This document shows, piece by piece, positions 40,941 to 51,400 of a stretch of DNA of 64,000 nt. Position 1 is the first letter of the stretch; each line of letters opens with the position of its first letter. The position numbers and the translations under genes were made by a program. The DNA is from an uncultured Woeseiaceae bacterium (lineage in GTDB: Bacteria > Pseudomonadota > Gammaproteobacteria > Steroidobacterales > Woeseiaceae): positions 35,208 to 99,207 of the forward strand of contig CALZJH010000009.1 of the NCBI GenBank assembly GCA_945787845.1, given 5' to 3'. The notes beneath the pieces are model-generated. The model did not search any database. It was given only the letters and a program-made list of their open reading frames with translations, and had not been told where the DNA came from.

Positions 40941-42254
40941 ATGATCAAACGCGCCATCTGCCTGCTGGCAGTCCTGTTTTCGTTGCCGGCCCTTGCCAGC
41001 GAACTCAGCGAAAGTATCCAGACGGATTATGACGAGCATCTCGGGGCACTCTTCGATCACTTCCATCGCTATCCCGAATTGTCGACCGTTGAGACGGAAA
41101 CGGCACGCCGCATGGCGCTGGAGCTTAGCCTGGCCGGTTTCGATGTCACCGAGGGCGTCGGCGGTACCGGTGTTGTAGCGATGATGGAGAACGGTGATGG
41201 CCCCCTGGTCATGATGCGTGCCGACATGGATGGCCTGCCGGTCGAGGAAAAGTCGGGCCTGGCGAACGCCTCTCGTGCCAAACAAAAAGATCCGATCACG
41301 GGTAACGACGTGTTTGTCATGCATGCCTGCGGGCACGATGTGCATATCACGAGCCTTGTCGGCACTGCCCGGCACATGGCGGCGCATCGGGATGCATGGA
41401 CCGGCACGCTGATGCTGGTGGTCCAGCCTGCCGAAGAGCGCGTTCTGGGCGCCCGCGCCATGCGCGACGACGAAATCTGGGAGCGTTTCGGCAAGCCGGA
41501 CTATGCGCTCGCGTTTCACGTCTCGTCATCGGGCACGGCCGGTGTGATCAATGTCCAGGAAGGCAGCCCGTACGCGGGCGCCGATACGGTCGACATCATC
41601 ATTCACGGCGTTGGCGCCCACGGTGCGAGCCCGCACCGCGGCAAGGATCCGATTGTCCTGGGGAGCCAGATCGTGCTCGCGTTGCAGACCCTTGTCTCGC
41701 GCGAGTTGTCGCCGCGCGACCCGGGTGTCGTGACGGTCGGGTCGTTCCACTCCGGAACCAAGCACAACATCATTTCAGATCGTGCGCATCTGCAGCTGAC
41801 CGTGCGCAATACCAGCGAAGCAACACGCCAGATACTGCTGGACGGCATCGTACGCATCGCTGAGAACATGGGACGCGTCGCGGGCCTGCCTGAGGACAGG
41901 CTTCCCGAAGTCATCATCTCAAACGAGAGCGTGCCGCCCGTTGTCAACGATGCGCCGCTGGTACGCCGCCTGCGCGCCGCCTGGATCGACGGCATGGGCG
42001 AAGCTTCGGTCGTTGATATACCGACCAAGGGCATGGGTGCCGAGGACTTCCCGTTCTTCACGCAGGACCCCGAGATTTCGAGCGTGTACTGGGCTGTTGG
42101 CGGTACGCCACAGGAGGACTTCGATACGGAAGCCGCAGGCGGGCCGCCGGTCCCGAGTCATCATTCGCCGTTGTTCAAGATCTCGCCCGAGCCGTCAGTG
42201 ACGGCGGGGGTCGAGTCGACGGTGCTGGCCCTGAAAACCCTGATGCAGGAGTAG
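40941..42254 (+). CDS. M20D-family amidohydrolase with signal peptide
   Basis: HRYPELS, RADMDGLP, MHACGHD, QPAEE, GAHGA.PH, GAEDF. Confidence 0.93.
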   Translation: MIKRAICLLAVLFSLPALASELSESIQTDYDEHLGALFDHFHRYPELSTVETETARRMALELSLAGFDVTEGVGGTGVVAMMENGDGPLVMMRADMDGLPVEEKSGLANASRAKQKDPITGNDVFVMHACGHDVHITSLVGTARHMAAHRDAWTGTLMLVVQPAEERVLGARAMRDDEIWERFGKPDYALAFHVSSSGTAGVINVQEGSPYAGADTVDIIIHGVGAHGASPHRGKDPIVLGSQIVLALQTLVSRELSPRDPGVVTVGSFHSGTKHNIISDRAHLQLTVRNTSEATRQILLDGIVRIAENMGRVAGLPEDRLPEVIISNESVPPVVNDAPLVRRLRAAWIDGMGEASVVDIPTKGMGAEDFPFFTQDPEISSVYWAVGGTPQEDFDTEAAGGPPVPSHHSPLFKISPEPSVTAGVESTVLALKTLMQE

Positions 42255-42260
42255 AGCGCG

Positions 42261-42500
42261 TCAGTCGTCGTCGACTTCGAATTCCTCGAGGTCTTCGCTG
42301 CCCGCACTCTTGAGCAGTATCTCGACCTTTTGCTCGGCGTCGCGTAGCGCGGTCTGGCAGCCACGGGTCAGCTTGATGCCTTCCTCGAATTTCTTCATGG
42401 CCTTCTCGAGCGGCAGGTCGCCGGACTCGAGTTCGTCGACCAGTTCTTCGAGGTCGGCGAGTGATTTTTCGAGGTTGAATTTCTTGGAAGAGCTCATCAT
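42261..42500 (-). CDS. xseB: Exodeoxyribonuclease VII small subunit
   Basis: LEKSLADLEELV.ELESGDLPLE.AM..FEEG..L...CQ.AL..AEQKV. Confidence 0.95.
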   Translation of the reverse strand: MMSSSKKFNLEKSLADLEELVDELESGDLPLEKAMKKFEEGIKLTRGCQTALRDAEQKVEILLKSAGSEDLEEFEVDDD

Positions 42501-42575
42501 CGATCCTGGATTCACGCTGCGTGGCTAAGCTACAGCGAGGCTCATCGGAGGTCAACGCGTCAGGGACACCCACAA

Positions 42576-42629
42576 TTGACATGTTGTGCCCGGATTCATA
42601 CAGTAGCTCCTCGGTTAGAATCAATCTAA
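42576..42629 (+). promoter_or_regulatory. Sigma70 promoter plus Per/Fur-box-like operator of the rubrerythrin operon
   Basis: TTGACA (42576-42581), 17-bp spacer, TACAGT (42599-42604); TTAGAATCAATCTAA (42615-42629), an imperfect 7-1-7 inverted repeat. Confidence 0.7.
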
Positions 42630-42672
42630 TTAGCAACCCAGACTCCCTGGTGCTCACTCGAGAGGAAGAAAA

Positions 42673-43092
42673 ATGTCCCTGAAAGGCAGCAAAACCGAAG
42701 GAAACCTGAAAGACGCATTTGCCGGTGAATCCCAGGCAAACCGCCGCTACCTGTATTTCGCAGCCAAAGCCGACGTTGAAGGCTACAACGATGTCGCCGC
42801 TGTTTTCCGTTCCACCGCCGAAGGCGAGACCGGACACGCGCACGGGCATCTCGAGTATCTTGAGGAGACCGGCGACCCGGCCACGGGCCTGCCGATCGGC
42901 TCGACTGCCGAGAACCTGGCCGCAGCGATCGCCGGCGAGACGCATGAGTACACCGACATGTATCCGGGCATGGCCAAGACCGCGCGCGATGAGGACTTCG
43001 ACGAGATTGCGGACTGGTTCGAGACGCTGGCCAAGGCCGAGCGTTCGCACGCCAATCGCTTCCAGAAAGCACTGGATACACTCGACGACTAA
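42673..43092 (+). CDS. Rubrerythrin, short type lacking the rubredoxin domain
   Basis: [40 protein letters not shown]. Confidence 0.95.
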   Translation: MSLKGSKTEGNLKDAFAGESQANRRYLYFAAKADVEGYNDVAAVFRSTAEGETGHAHGHLEYLEETGDPATGLPIGSTAENLAAAIAGETHEYTDMYPGMAKTARDEDFDEIADWFETLAKAERSHANRFQKALDTLDD

Positions 43093-43134
43093 AACTTGCG
43101 GAGAGCCGGGTCGCAAGGCCCGGCTTCCAGCCTC

Positions 43135-44472
43135 ATGAGCGAATCACGACGCGAGGGTAGCCTCGAGGCGCCGACGCGCCATCCCCTGGACTGGCGTTCC
43201 GACGAATTCTACGACGACCAGGCCCTGTTCGATGAACTCGAACGGGTGTTCGACATCTGTCACGGTTGTCGCCGCTGTTTCAATCTCTGTCATTCCTTTC
43301 CGACCTTGTTCGACCTCGTCGATGAGTCCGACACCATGGAAGTGGACGGTGTCGCCAAGGACGACTACTGGCAGGTCGTTGACCACTGTTACCTCTGTGA
43401 CATGTGCTACATGACCAAGTGCCCGTACGTGCCTCCGCACGAGTGGAATGTGGATTTTCCGCACCTCATGCTGCGTGCCAAGGCAGCGCGCTTCAGGAAA
43501 GAAGGCGCATCCACACGCGACAAGATTCTTAGCGCTACCGACAAGGTTGGCAAGCTGGCGGGCATTCCCGTCGTGGTGAATGCCGTCAACGCGGTCAATC
43601 GCAGCAAGTCGGGACGTAAACTCCTCGAGAAAACACTCGGCGTGCACAGGGATGCGCCGGTTCCCGAATACCATGCGAAGACCGCGCGCAAACGCCTGAA
43701 AGGACTCGGCGAGAGCGGGGCTGTGGCGGGACAGTCCACAGCATCGACGCGTGGCAAGGTCGCGCTGTTCACAACCTGTTACTGCAATCGCAACCACCCG
43801 GGCGTCAACGAAGACCTCGTCGCGGTATTTGAACACAATGACATCGCCGTGCGGCTTGCCAGCAAGGAAGTTTGCTGCGGCATGCCCAAGCTCGAACTGG
43901 GCGATCTCGAAGCTGTTGCCAAGGCCAAGGAAAGCAATATTCCCGTGCTTGCGAAGCTGGTCGATGAAGGCTGGGACATCGTGACGCCGATCCCCTCATG
44001 CACGCTGATGTTCAAGCAGGAACTCCCGCTCATGTTCCCCGACGATGCGGTTGTAACAAAGGTCCGCGACGCGATGTACGATCCGTTCGAGTACCTGATG
44101 CTGCGACACAAGGATGGCAAACTCAAAACGGAATTCTCGTCCTCGCTGGGCAAGGTGACTTACCAGGTGCCTTGCCACCTGCGTGTGCAGAATATCGGCC
44201 TGAAGACCCGCGATATGCTGCAGCTGGTTCCTGACACGAGCGTCGACGTGATCGAGCGCTGTTCGGGGCATGACGGCACGTATGCCGTCAAGAAAGAGTT
44301 TCACGACATATCGAAGAAAATCGCGCGCCCCGTCGTCAATAAGCTCAAGAAGGGCGAGGCGGACCACTTCACAAGCGACTGTCCCATGGCGGCGGAGCAA
44401 ATCGTGCAGGACCTTGACGATCATGCCGCTAATAACCCAATGGGCCTGTTGCGCAAGGCATACGGAATCTGA
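43135..44472 (+). CDS. Rubrerythrin-associated Fe-S oxidoreductase (GlpC/HdrD-like, CCG domains)
   Basis: CHGCRRCFNLC, CYLCDMC...KCP, CCGMP, PCH, CSGHDG, SDCP. Confidence 0.9.
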   Translation: MSESRREGSLEAPTRHPLDWRSDEFYDDQALFDELERVFDICHGCRRCFNLCHSFPTLFDLVDESDTMEVDGVAKDDYWQVVDHCYLCDMCYMTKCPYVPPHEWNVDFPHLMLRAKAARFRKEGASTRDKILSATDKVGKLAGIPVVVNAVNAVNRSKSGRKLLEKTLGVHRDAPVPEYHAKTARKRLKGLGESGAVAGQSTASTRGKVALFTTCYCNRNHPGVNEDLVAVFEHNDIAVRLASKEVCCGMPKLELGDLEAVAKAKESNIPVLAKLVDEGWDIVTPIPSCTLMFKQELPLMFPDDAVVTKVRDAMYDPFEYLMLRHKDGKLKTEFSSSLGKVTYQVPCHLRVQNIGLKTRDMLQLVPDTSVDVIERCSGHDGTYAVKKEFHDISKKIARPVVNKLKKGEADHFTSDCPMAAEQIVQDLDDHAANNPMGLLRKAYGI

Positions 44473-45056
44473 TGCAAAAACTATCCCGGGAAGACCTTTT
44501 CAGCCTCGAGAACTATGCCGAGGCACGTTCGGCGTTTCGCGATAAAGTGCTGGAGCATAAAAAGAATCGCCGCCTCGACCTTGGTACCAACGCAGCCCTC
44601 TATTTCGAGGACCGCCTGACCATGCAATACCAGGTTCAGGAGATGCTGCGGATCGAGAAGATCTTCGAGGCGGACGGTATCAGGGAGGAACTTGACGCTT
44701 ACAACCCGCTGATCCCCGACGGCAGCAACTGGAAAGCGACCTTCATGATCGAGTTTCCTGATGTGGAAGAGCGTCAGCAAATGCTTGCCCGGCTCGTTGG
44801 GATCGAGGATCGCGTGTTCGTGCACGTGGCGGACTTCGATCGTGTGTACGCCATTGCAGATGAAGACCTCGAGCGCGCTGACGAAGGCAAGACGTCTGCC
44901 GTGCATTTCCTGCGCTTCGAGTTGCCACCCGAACAGGTTGCGTCGCTAAAGAACGGCGCGGCGCTTGTCGCGGGCATCGATCACGATAACTATCGCGTGG
45001 AAATCAGCTCGGTTCCTGCCAATATTCGCGAATCTCTCGTCAACGATCTCGATTAA
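44472..45056 (+). CDS. DUF3501 family protein
   Basis: YQVQEMLRIE, AYNPLIPDG..WKATFMIE, KTSAVHFLRF; typical position after rubrerythrin and the Fe-S oxidoreductase. Confidence 0.9.
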   Translation: MQKLSREDLFSLENYAEARSAFRDKVLEHKKNRRLDLGTNAALYFEDRLTMQYQVQEMLRIEKIFEADGIREELDAYNPLIPDGSNWKATFMIEFPDVEERQQMLARLVGIEDRVFVHVADFDRVYAIADEDLERADEGKTSAVHFLRFELPPEQVASLKNGAALVAGIDHDNYRVEISSVPANIRESLVNDLD

Positions 45057-45110
45057 CGCTAGAATTCTGCCGGGCACTCTCTGGCAACCTCAAATCTTGC
45101 ACTCTAATCG

Positions 45111-46997
45111 ATGACTAAACGTTACGATGCTGCGGACATCGAAGTCCTCAGCGGACTCGAGCCTGTCCGGCGCCGACCGGGCATGTACACCGACACCACG
45201 CGGCCGAATCACCTGGCGCATGAGGTGGTCGATAACTCTGTCGATGAAGCGCTTGCGGGACATTGCAAGAAGATCGACGTCACGATCTACAAGGATGGTT
45301 CGGTGGAGGTCAGTGACGACGGCCGCGGCATGCCCGTCGACAAGCATCCGAAAGAAAAGATCCCGGGTGTCGAACTGATCCTTACGCGCCTGCATGCGGG
45401 CGGCAAGTTCTCGAACGAGAACTACCAGTATTCGGGCGGCCTGCACGGGGTTGGTGTCTCGGTCGTCAACGCGTTGTCAAAGAACCTCGAGGTGTGGATT
45501 CGCCGCGGCGGGAAGGAATACAACATGTCCTTCGCCGGCGGCAAAAAGCGCGGCAAGCTCGAAGTTGTTGGCAAGGTCGGCAAAGCCAATACCGGCACTA
45601 CGATCCGCTTCTGGCCCGACAAACAGTATTTCGATACGACGAAAATATCCGTCAAGAGCCTGAAACACGCGCTCAAGGCCAAGGCCGTCCTCTGTCCCGG
45701 GCTGAAAGTCAGCCTGAAAGTCGAACAGCCCAAGGAAAAGATCGAGTGGCAGTACGAGGGCGGACTTGAGCAATACCTGCTGGAGGAAATTGGCGGCGGC
45801 GAAACGCTGCCCGCCGAGCCGTTTTCGGGCAGCCTGAAGGGCAATAACGAAGCCGTCGACTGGGCGCTCGTCTGGACGACCGATGGCGGCCCCTCGGTGA
45901 CCGAGAGCTACGTCAACCTGATTCCGACGCCGCAGGGTGGCACCCACGTGAACGGCCTGCGTACCGGATTGACGAATTCAATACGCGAGTTCTGCGACTT
46001 CAGGAACCTGCTGCCTCGCGGCGTGGCGATCGCGCCCGAGGATGTCTGGGATGGGCTGAGTTTTGTGCTGAGTACCAAGCTTGAGGATCCGCAGTTCTCC
46101 GGACAGACCAAAGAGCGGCTGTCGTCGCGAGAATCTGCCGCCTTTGTCGCCGGCGTGATCAAGGATAATTTCTCGCTCTGGCTGAACCAGCATCCGGAAA
46201 CGGGCGATCTGATTGCGCAGCTGGCGATTACGAAGGCGCAAAAGCGCCTGAAGTCGGCCAAGAAAGTCGTTCGAAAGAAGATTGTTTCGGGTCCGGCGCT
46301 GCCGGGCAAGCTGGCGGACTGCACCTCACAGGAGCCCGAGCTCTGCGAGCTGTTTCTCGTCGAGGGTGACTCGGCCGGTGGTTCGGCCAAACAGGCGCGC
46401 GATCGCAACACGCAGGCGATCATGCCGCTGCGCGGCAAGATCCTGAATACCTGGGAAGTCGATACGGCAGAGATCCTCGCGTCGGCGGAGGTTCACGACA
46501 TCTCGGTTGCGCTCGGTGTCGACCCCGGATCCGATGACATCAGTGGCCTGCGCTATCACAAGGTTTGCATCCTTGCGGATGCCGATTCGGACGGCCTCCA
46601 CATCGCGACCCTGTTATGCGCGCTGTTCCTGCGACACTTCCGCGAACTGATTCTCGCTGGACACGTCTACGTTGCGATGCCGCCGCTGTACCGCATCGAT
46701 GTCGGCAAGGAAGTGTCCTACGCGCTTGATGAGGGCGAGCGCAAGGGCATTCTCGATCGTATCGAGGCCGAGAAAAAAAAGGGCAAGGTCACGGTCACGC
46801 GTTTCAAAGGCCTCGGCGAGATGGATCCCGAGCAGCTGCGCGAAACGACGATGAATCGCGATACGCGCCGCCTCGTGCAGCTCACAATCAGCGGGCGAGA
46901 CAAGACCGATCAGCTCATGGATATGCTGCTCGCCAAGAAACGTTCCAAGGACCGCCGCACCTGGCTCGAAACCAAGGGCAACCTGGCGGAGGTATGA
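45111..46997 (+). CDS. parE: DNA topoisomerase IV subunit B
   Basis: [45 protein letters not shown]; short type, adjacent to parC. Confidence 0.97.
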   Translation: MTKRYDAADIEVLSGLEPVRRRPGMYTDTTRPNHLAHEVVDNSVDEALAGHCKKIDVTIYKDGSVEVSDDGRGMPVDKHPKEKIPGVELILTRLHAGGKFSNENYQYSGGLHGVGVSVVNALSKNLEVWIRRGGKEYNMSFAGGKKRGKLEVVGKVGKANTGTTIRFWPDKQYFDTTKISVKSLKHALKAKAVLCPGLKVSLKVEQPKEKIEWQYEGGLEQYLLEEIGGGETLPAEPFSGSLKGNNEAVDWALVWTTDGGPSVTESYVNLIPTPQGGTHVNGLRTGLTNSIREFCDFRNLLPRGVAIAPEDVWDGLSFVLSTKLEDPQFSGQTKERLSSRESAAFVAGVIKDNFSLWLNQHPETGDLIAQLAITKAQKRLKSAKKVVRKKIVSGPALPGKLADCTSQEPELCELFLVEGDSAGGSAKQARDRNTQAIMPLRGKILNTWEVDTAEILASAEVHDISVALGVDPGSDDISGLRYHKVCILADADSDGLHIATLLCALFLRHFRELILAGHVYVAMPPLYRIDVGKEVSYALDEGERKGILDRIEAEKKKGKVTVTRFKGLGEMDPEQLRETTMNRDTRRLVQLTISGRDKTDQLMDMLLAKKRSKDRRTWLETKGNLAEV

Positions 46998-46998
46998 G

Positions 46999-49248
46999 AT
47001 GACAACGATGCAGAATTCACTGAACCTCGAAGGCGTCGAGCAACAGCCGCTCAAAGAATACACCGAGCGCGCGTACCTCGATTACTCGATGTACGTCATC
47101 CTCGACCGCGCTCTGCCGCAGATTGGTGACGGGCTGAAACCCGTGCAGCGCCGCATAATTTACGCAATGAGCGAGCTCGGGCTCTCCGCCTCGTCGAAGC
47201 CGAAGAAATCGGCGCGTACCGTCGGCGATGTCATCGGCAAGTTTCACCCACACGGTGATTCGGCCTGTTACGAAGCCATGGTACTCATGGCACAGAGTTT
47301 CTCGTACCGCTATCCCATCGTCATCGGCCAGGGCAACTGGGGCTCGACCGACGATCCCAAGTCTTTCGCTGCAATGCGCTACACCGAATCGCGCCTGGCG
47401 CCGTACGCCAAGAGCCTGCTGCAGGAACTGGGACATGGAACGGTCGACTGGACGCCCAACTTCGACGGGACGCTCAAGGAGCCCGTCGTATTGCCGGCGC
47501 GCCTGCCGAACCTGCTGCTCAACGGCACGACGGGTATCGCGGTCGGAATGTCGACCGATGTGCCGCCGCACAACCTCAATGAAGTCACGAGTGCGCTTGT
47601 GCACCTGATCGACAATCCGAAAGCAACCGTCGCTCAGCTCATGAAGCACATCAAGGGGCCGGACTTCCCGACCGGTGGCGAACTGGTATCGTCCCAGGAC
47701 GACATCCGCGAGATCTACGCCACCGGTAACGGTACGTTGCGGCTGCGTGCGTCGTACAAGATGGAAGGCACCGACATCGTGATCACGTCGCTGCCGCACC
47801 AGATCTCGGGGGCCAAGATTCAGGAGCAAATTGCCGCGCAGATGCGTGCGAAGAAATTGCCCCAGGTTGACGACCTGCGTGATGAGTCGGACCACGAGGA
47901 GCCCACGCGCATCGTTATCAGCAAGAAGCGCGGTGTGGATGTCGACCAGCTCATGTCGCACCTGTTTTCGACGACCTCGCTCGAGCGCACGCTGCGCGTG
48001 AATATGAACATCATCGGCCTCGACGGACGGCCGCGCATGTTCGACCTGGTCGGGCTGCTCAAGGAGTGGCTGACGTTTCGCAAGGAGACCGTCAAGAATC
48101 GTCTTGGCCACCGTCTGCAAATCGTCAACGACCGCCTGCACATCCTGGATGGCCTGCTCGTCGCCTACCTCAACATCGACGAGGTCATCGCGATCATCAG
48201 GGAGGAGGATGAGCCCAAGCCGGTTCTCATGAAACGCTTCAAGCTGTCCGATATCCAGGCCGAAGCAATCCTCAATCTCCGTCTGCGCAACCTGGCCAAG
48301 CTCGAGGAGTTCAAGATCAAGGGCGAACAGGACGAGCTCCAGGAGGAGCGCGACCTGCTCGAGAAAACGCTCAAGAGCGCGGCGCGCCTGAAGACGCTGA
48401 TCAAGAAAGAGATTCTCGTAGATGCCGAGGCTTACGGCGACGATCGTCGTACCGAGATCATCGAGCGGGAAGCAGCCCAGGCGTTGGATGAGACGCAACT
48501 GGTTGCGAGCGAACCGGTGACCGTTGTCCTGTCGCAGGCGGGCTATGCACGAGCGGCGAAAGGTCACGAGATCGATCCAGCGACCCTGAACTACCGATCC
48601 GGAGACACGTACCTGGCGTCGGCACAGGGGCGGAGCAACCAGCTGGCGATGTTCGTCGACAGTACCGGCCGTGTTTACAGCGTGATAGCCGGTACCTTGC
48701 CGTCGGCACGAGGGCAGGGCGAGCCGCTGTCGAGCCGCTTCAAGCCGCCCGACGGCGCCGCATTCTGCGGTGCAATGATTGGCGACAATGAGCAGAAGTA
48801 CTTGCTGGCAAGCGACGCAGGCTACGGCTTCATCGCTACGCTAAGTGACCTCGTGTCGCGCAACAAGGCCGGCAAAGCGGTCCTGCGCGTACCGGCGGGC
48901 GGCAAGGCTGTGGTACCGGCGCCGGTGCCAGGGGACAAGGAATGCCTGATCGCTGCCGTGAGTTCGATTGGGCGCCTGTTGTTGTTCGAGATGGAGGAGT
49001 TACCCGAGCTGGCCAAAGGCAAGGGCAATAAGCTGATCAATATTCCTGGACCCAAGTACAAGAGTGGCGAAGAGAAGATGGTCGCCGCTGCCGTGGTGCC
49101 TGAGGATGGCCACCTCGAGGTCTATACCGGAACACGTAAAATGACGATCAAATGGAACGACCTCGATGACTACTACGGTGACCGGGCGTTGCGCGGAGCG
49201 CTGCTGCCCAAGGGCTGGCGCAAAGTCGAACGGCTGGCGGGCGTCTAA
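46999..49248 (+). CDS. parC: DNA topoisomerase IV subunit A
   Basis: [39 protein letters not shown]. Confidence 0.97.
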   Translation: MTTMQNSLNLEGVEQQPLKEYTERAYLDYSMYVILDRALPQIGDGLKPVQRRIIYAMSELGLSASSKPKKSARTVGDVIGKFHPHGDSACYEAMVLMAQSFSYRYPIVIGQGNWGSTDDPKSFAAMRYTESRLAPYAKSLLQELGHGTVDWTPNFDGTLKEPVVLPARLPNLLLNGTTGIAVGMSTDVPPHNLNEVTSALVHLIDNPKATVAQLMKHIKGPDFPTGGELVSSQDDIREIYATGNGTLRLRASYKMEGTDIVITSLPHQISGAKIQEQIAAQMRAKKLPQVDDLRDESDHEEPTRIVISKKRGVDVDQLMSHLFSTTSLERTLRVNMNIIGLDGRPRMFDLVGLLKEWLTFRKETVKNRLGHRLQIVNDRLHILDGLLVAYLNIDEVIAIIREEDEPKPVLMKRFKLSDIQAEAILNLRLRNLAKLEEFKIKGEQDELQEERDLLEKTLKSAARLKTLIKKEILVDAEAYGDDRRTEIIEREAAQALDETQLVASEPVTVVLSQAGYARAAKGHEIDPATLNYRSGDTYLASAQGRSNQLAMFVDSTGRVYSVIAGTLPSARGQGEPLSSRFKPPDGAAFCGAMIGDNEQKYLLASDAGYGFIATLSDLVSRNKAGKAVLRVPAGGKAVVPAPVPGDKECLIAAVSSIGRLLLFEMEELPELAKGKGNKLINIPGPKYKSGEEKMVAAAVVPEDGHLEVYTGTRKMTIKWNDLDDYYGDRALRGALLPKGWRKVERLAGV

Positions 49249-49277
49249 AAAAAAGACCCCGGCGTTTAGCCAGGGTC
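49247..49277 (-). terminator. Intrinsic terminator for the FimV-like gene (possibly bidirectional with parC)
   Basis: Minus strand GACCCTGGC-TAAAC-GCCGGGGTC followed by T8. Confidence 0.8.
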
Positions 49278-49302
49278 GTAAACAGTCGGGCTGGCAGTGC
49301 GT

Positions 49303-51252
49303 CTAACGGCGCTTGGTGTCGACCTTGCCGCCGGAGATATCCATTTCCGCCGTTTCGTCGTCGTTCGCGACCGGCATTTCCGCCGTCTTTTCGTCGTTTG
49401 ACATGTTAACTGTAACGGCTGCGGTTGCGTCGAGCTGTTGCTGAGTTTCTGTATCCACCGTTTCGTCGTCGGCTACCGGCATCTCTGCGGTCTCATCGAG
49501 TTCCGATACGTCGGCAAGCGGCATCTCGGATGTCTCGTCGTCGAGCGAAGTCTCGTCGAGTGTCGCACTCAGGTCTGCCGCGGCACGTTCGATCTCCGTG
49601 TTCAGGGCCTGCGTTGCGGTAAGTTCGGCTTCGTAGTCCTGTGCGAGAATCTCGGCAACGTCTTCGTTGATCGTGTACTCGTCGGTGGGCGATATGTCCT
49701 GGTCGACCGTGTACTCATCGGTCAACGAGTCATCGGTGTCGAACTGAGGCGCCTGGGTTGCATCGAGAATAATTGACATTTCGAAGTCGTCGTCCTGAGG
49801 CAGGATTTCACTCTCCAGAATCGAATCCGCTTTGACGCGCGGCGGGGGCAGGCCCTCCGCGGAGTCGTCGACCGGCTGCGGCTCAAACGGCAGCTCGATA
49901 TCGACATCGGTCGGTGCGGCGAAGCAGAAGTCCTGCGCGACCTCCATGTCCGTACCATCGGCCAGACCGGTGCCGAGAACGAGGTCGGCGTCGAGAGCGA
50001 GGTTCTCTTCGGTCGGCGAGTCGTCTTCGATATCGTAGACGTCCTCTGCCAGCTCATGGCCTGTGGCGCTGGCGGCTGCGGCACCGACGGGTGTCGAGCC
50101 GAAGCGTTCGCGAATACGACGGCCGAAGAGCACCAGCAGGCCAAAGATGGCGAGGCCGCCGCCAATAAACCAGGCGAGCATCGATGTTGATTCGCTGCGC
50201 GATCCGGTGCTGATAATCGCGGTCGGTACGTTGGGCGACTCGGACGCTGTCGTCGGGCCTTGGAGCTCGGTATCGGGAATCGTAACCGTCGCTTCCGGTT
50301 CGACGTAAGGATTGCCACTTTCGACAACATTGTTGTCGGCACTGACTTCCCGGCTCACCTCAGTCACAAGTGTTTCGCTGGCGGCCGCGTCACTAACAAC
50401 CGGCTGGGCCGCATCATCAAAAATGGGCGGTTCGTAAATAGCGCCATCGACGGTTTCCACGGGCGGCAACTCGGCCGCCGTCGCCACCGCCGGGGCTGCG
50501 GCAGGCGCAGCCACGCTCACGACAGGGGCTGAACCGTCGAGGCTCGGGATTGTCAACCAGGCGCCAGCCTTGAGTTTATTCGGGTCGTTGTCGATAAAGG
50601 CGTCGGGGTTCGCCACGAAAATCGTATTGACCGCGGGCCACAGGCTTATCGAGCGGTTTTCGATGCGGCTGACAATCTCGCCCAGCGTCTCACCGGGTTT
50701 CACCTGGTAGCGCGTCGACTGGCCAATAGGCGTGGTGTCCGTAGTTCTCGCAGGCCGCGTAGATGTGCGTGCGACGGGCTGCGGCGCCGGGGCAGCAACA
50801 GGCGCAGCTTGCGAGGCAGCAGCGGCAGCCCGGACCTCCGCAACGGCGGCCGGATCGACGAACAGCATGTACTCGCGGCTGAGGTTAGGCGTGTACCGGC
50901 AGTTGATCGTGACGCGCGTCGCCATCATGGGCTCGCGAATCATGGTCTCGCCTGTAATCAGTATGGCGGTGTCAGTCACGCTGATCGTGCTGCGTCCAAT
51001 ACCTGGCAGATCGCTGGTCGAACGGCCACCGCCGACCGACACACAGGTATCGCTGAGCATTTCGTTGGGTGCGAGCGCATAGGCGATGCTCGCTCGCAGC
51101 GGCTGCCCGAGATTCGATTGCACGGTAAGTTCACCCAGTTCCAGCGCCGCAGCCGGTGTCACTGCAAGGCCGCCGCCAAGTGCGACCAGAGGCAAGAAAG
51201 CGCGCTTCGAGGCGCGATCCTTCGCATGCATTGGAGTAAGTGTTTTGTTCAC
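49303..51252 (-). CDS. FimV/HubP-like paralogue (FimV N-domain, LysM, TM helix, acidic tail, no C-terminal TPR)
   Basis: ALELGELTVQSNLGQPLRASI, REYMLFVDP, LysM YQVKPGETL...NPDAFIDNDPNKLKAG..LTIP, TM helix, D/E-rich tail. Confidence 0.85.
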   Translation of the reverse strand: MNKTLTPMHAKDRASKRAFLPLVALGGGLAVTPAAALELGELTVQSNLGQPLRASIAYALAPNEMLSDTCVSVGGGRSTSDLPGIGRSTISVTDTAILITGETMIREPMMATRVTINCRYTPNLSREYMLFVDPAAVAEVRAAAAASQAAPVAAPAPQPVARTSTRPARTTDTTPIGQSTRYQVKPGETLGEIVSRIENRSISLWPAVNTIFVANPDAFIDNDPNKLKAGAWLTIPSLDGSAPVVSVAAPAAAPAVATAAELPPVETVDGAIYEPPIFDDAAQPVVSDAAASETLVTEVSREVSADNNVVESGNPYVEPEATVTIPDTELQGPTTASESPNVPTAIISTGSRSESTSMLAWFIGGGLAIFGLLVLFGRRIRERFGSTPVGAAAASATGHELAEDVYDIEDDSPTEENLALDADLVLGTGLADGTDMEVAQDFCFAAPTDVDIELPFEPQPVDDSAEGLPPPRVKADSILESEILPQDDDFEMSIILDATQAPQFDTDDSLTDEYTVDQDISPTDEYTINEDVAEILAQDYEAELTATQALNTEIERAAADLSATLDETSLDDETSEMPLADVSELDETAEMPVADDETVDTETQQQLDATAAVTVNMSNDEKTAEMPVANDDETAEMDISGGKVDTKRR

Positions 51253-51372
51253 TTCATGTTCCTCGAAATATTCTTGCCGGACTCAGTCTAGGATTAAGGC
51301 GCATCCATGGCTAAGAACCTATTCTAGTTTTTTGGCGGAACCACCTGTTAGCGGGTGGTTCAGAGAGTAGCG

Positions 51373-51388
51373 TGTGACACGCGTCACA
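51373..51388. promoter_or_regulatory. Perfect CRP/Vfr/Clp consensus site
   Basis: TGTGA-CACGCG-TCACA, about 120 bp upstream of the FimV-like paralogue. Confidence 0.75.
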
Positions 51389-51400
51389 CTTTGCCGGGCG

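Noticed and set aside
42261..42500. xseB separated from ispA/dxs as a sign of insertion
   Set aside because: No repeats, integrase or compositional shift; ordinary rearrangement explains it.
51249..51257. Mini-ORF ATG-AAG-TGA overlapping the GTG start of the FimV paralogue
   Set aside because: The SD (GAGG) is 8 nt from the GTG but only 3 nt from this ATG, so it is probably incidental.
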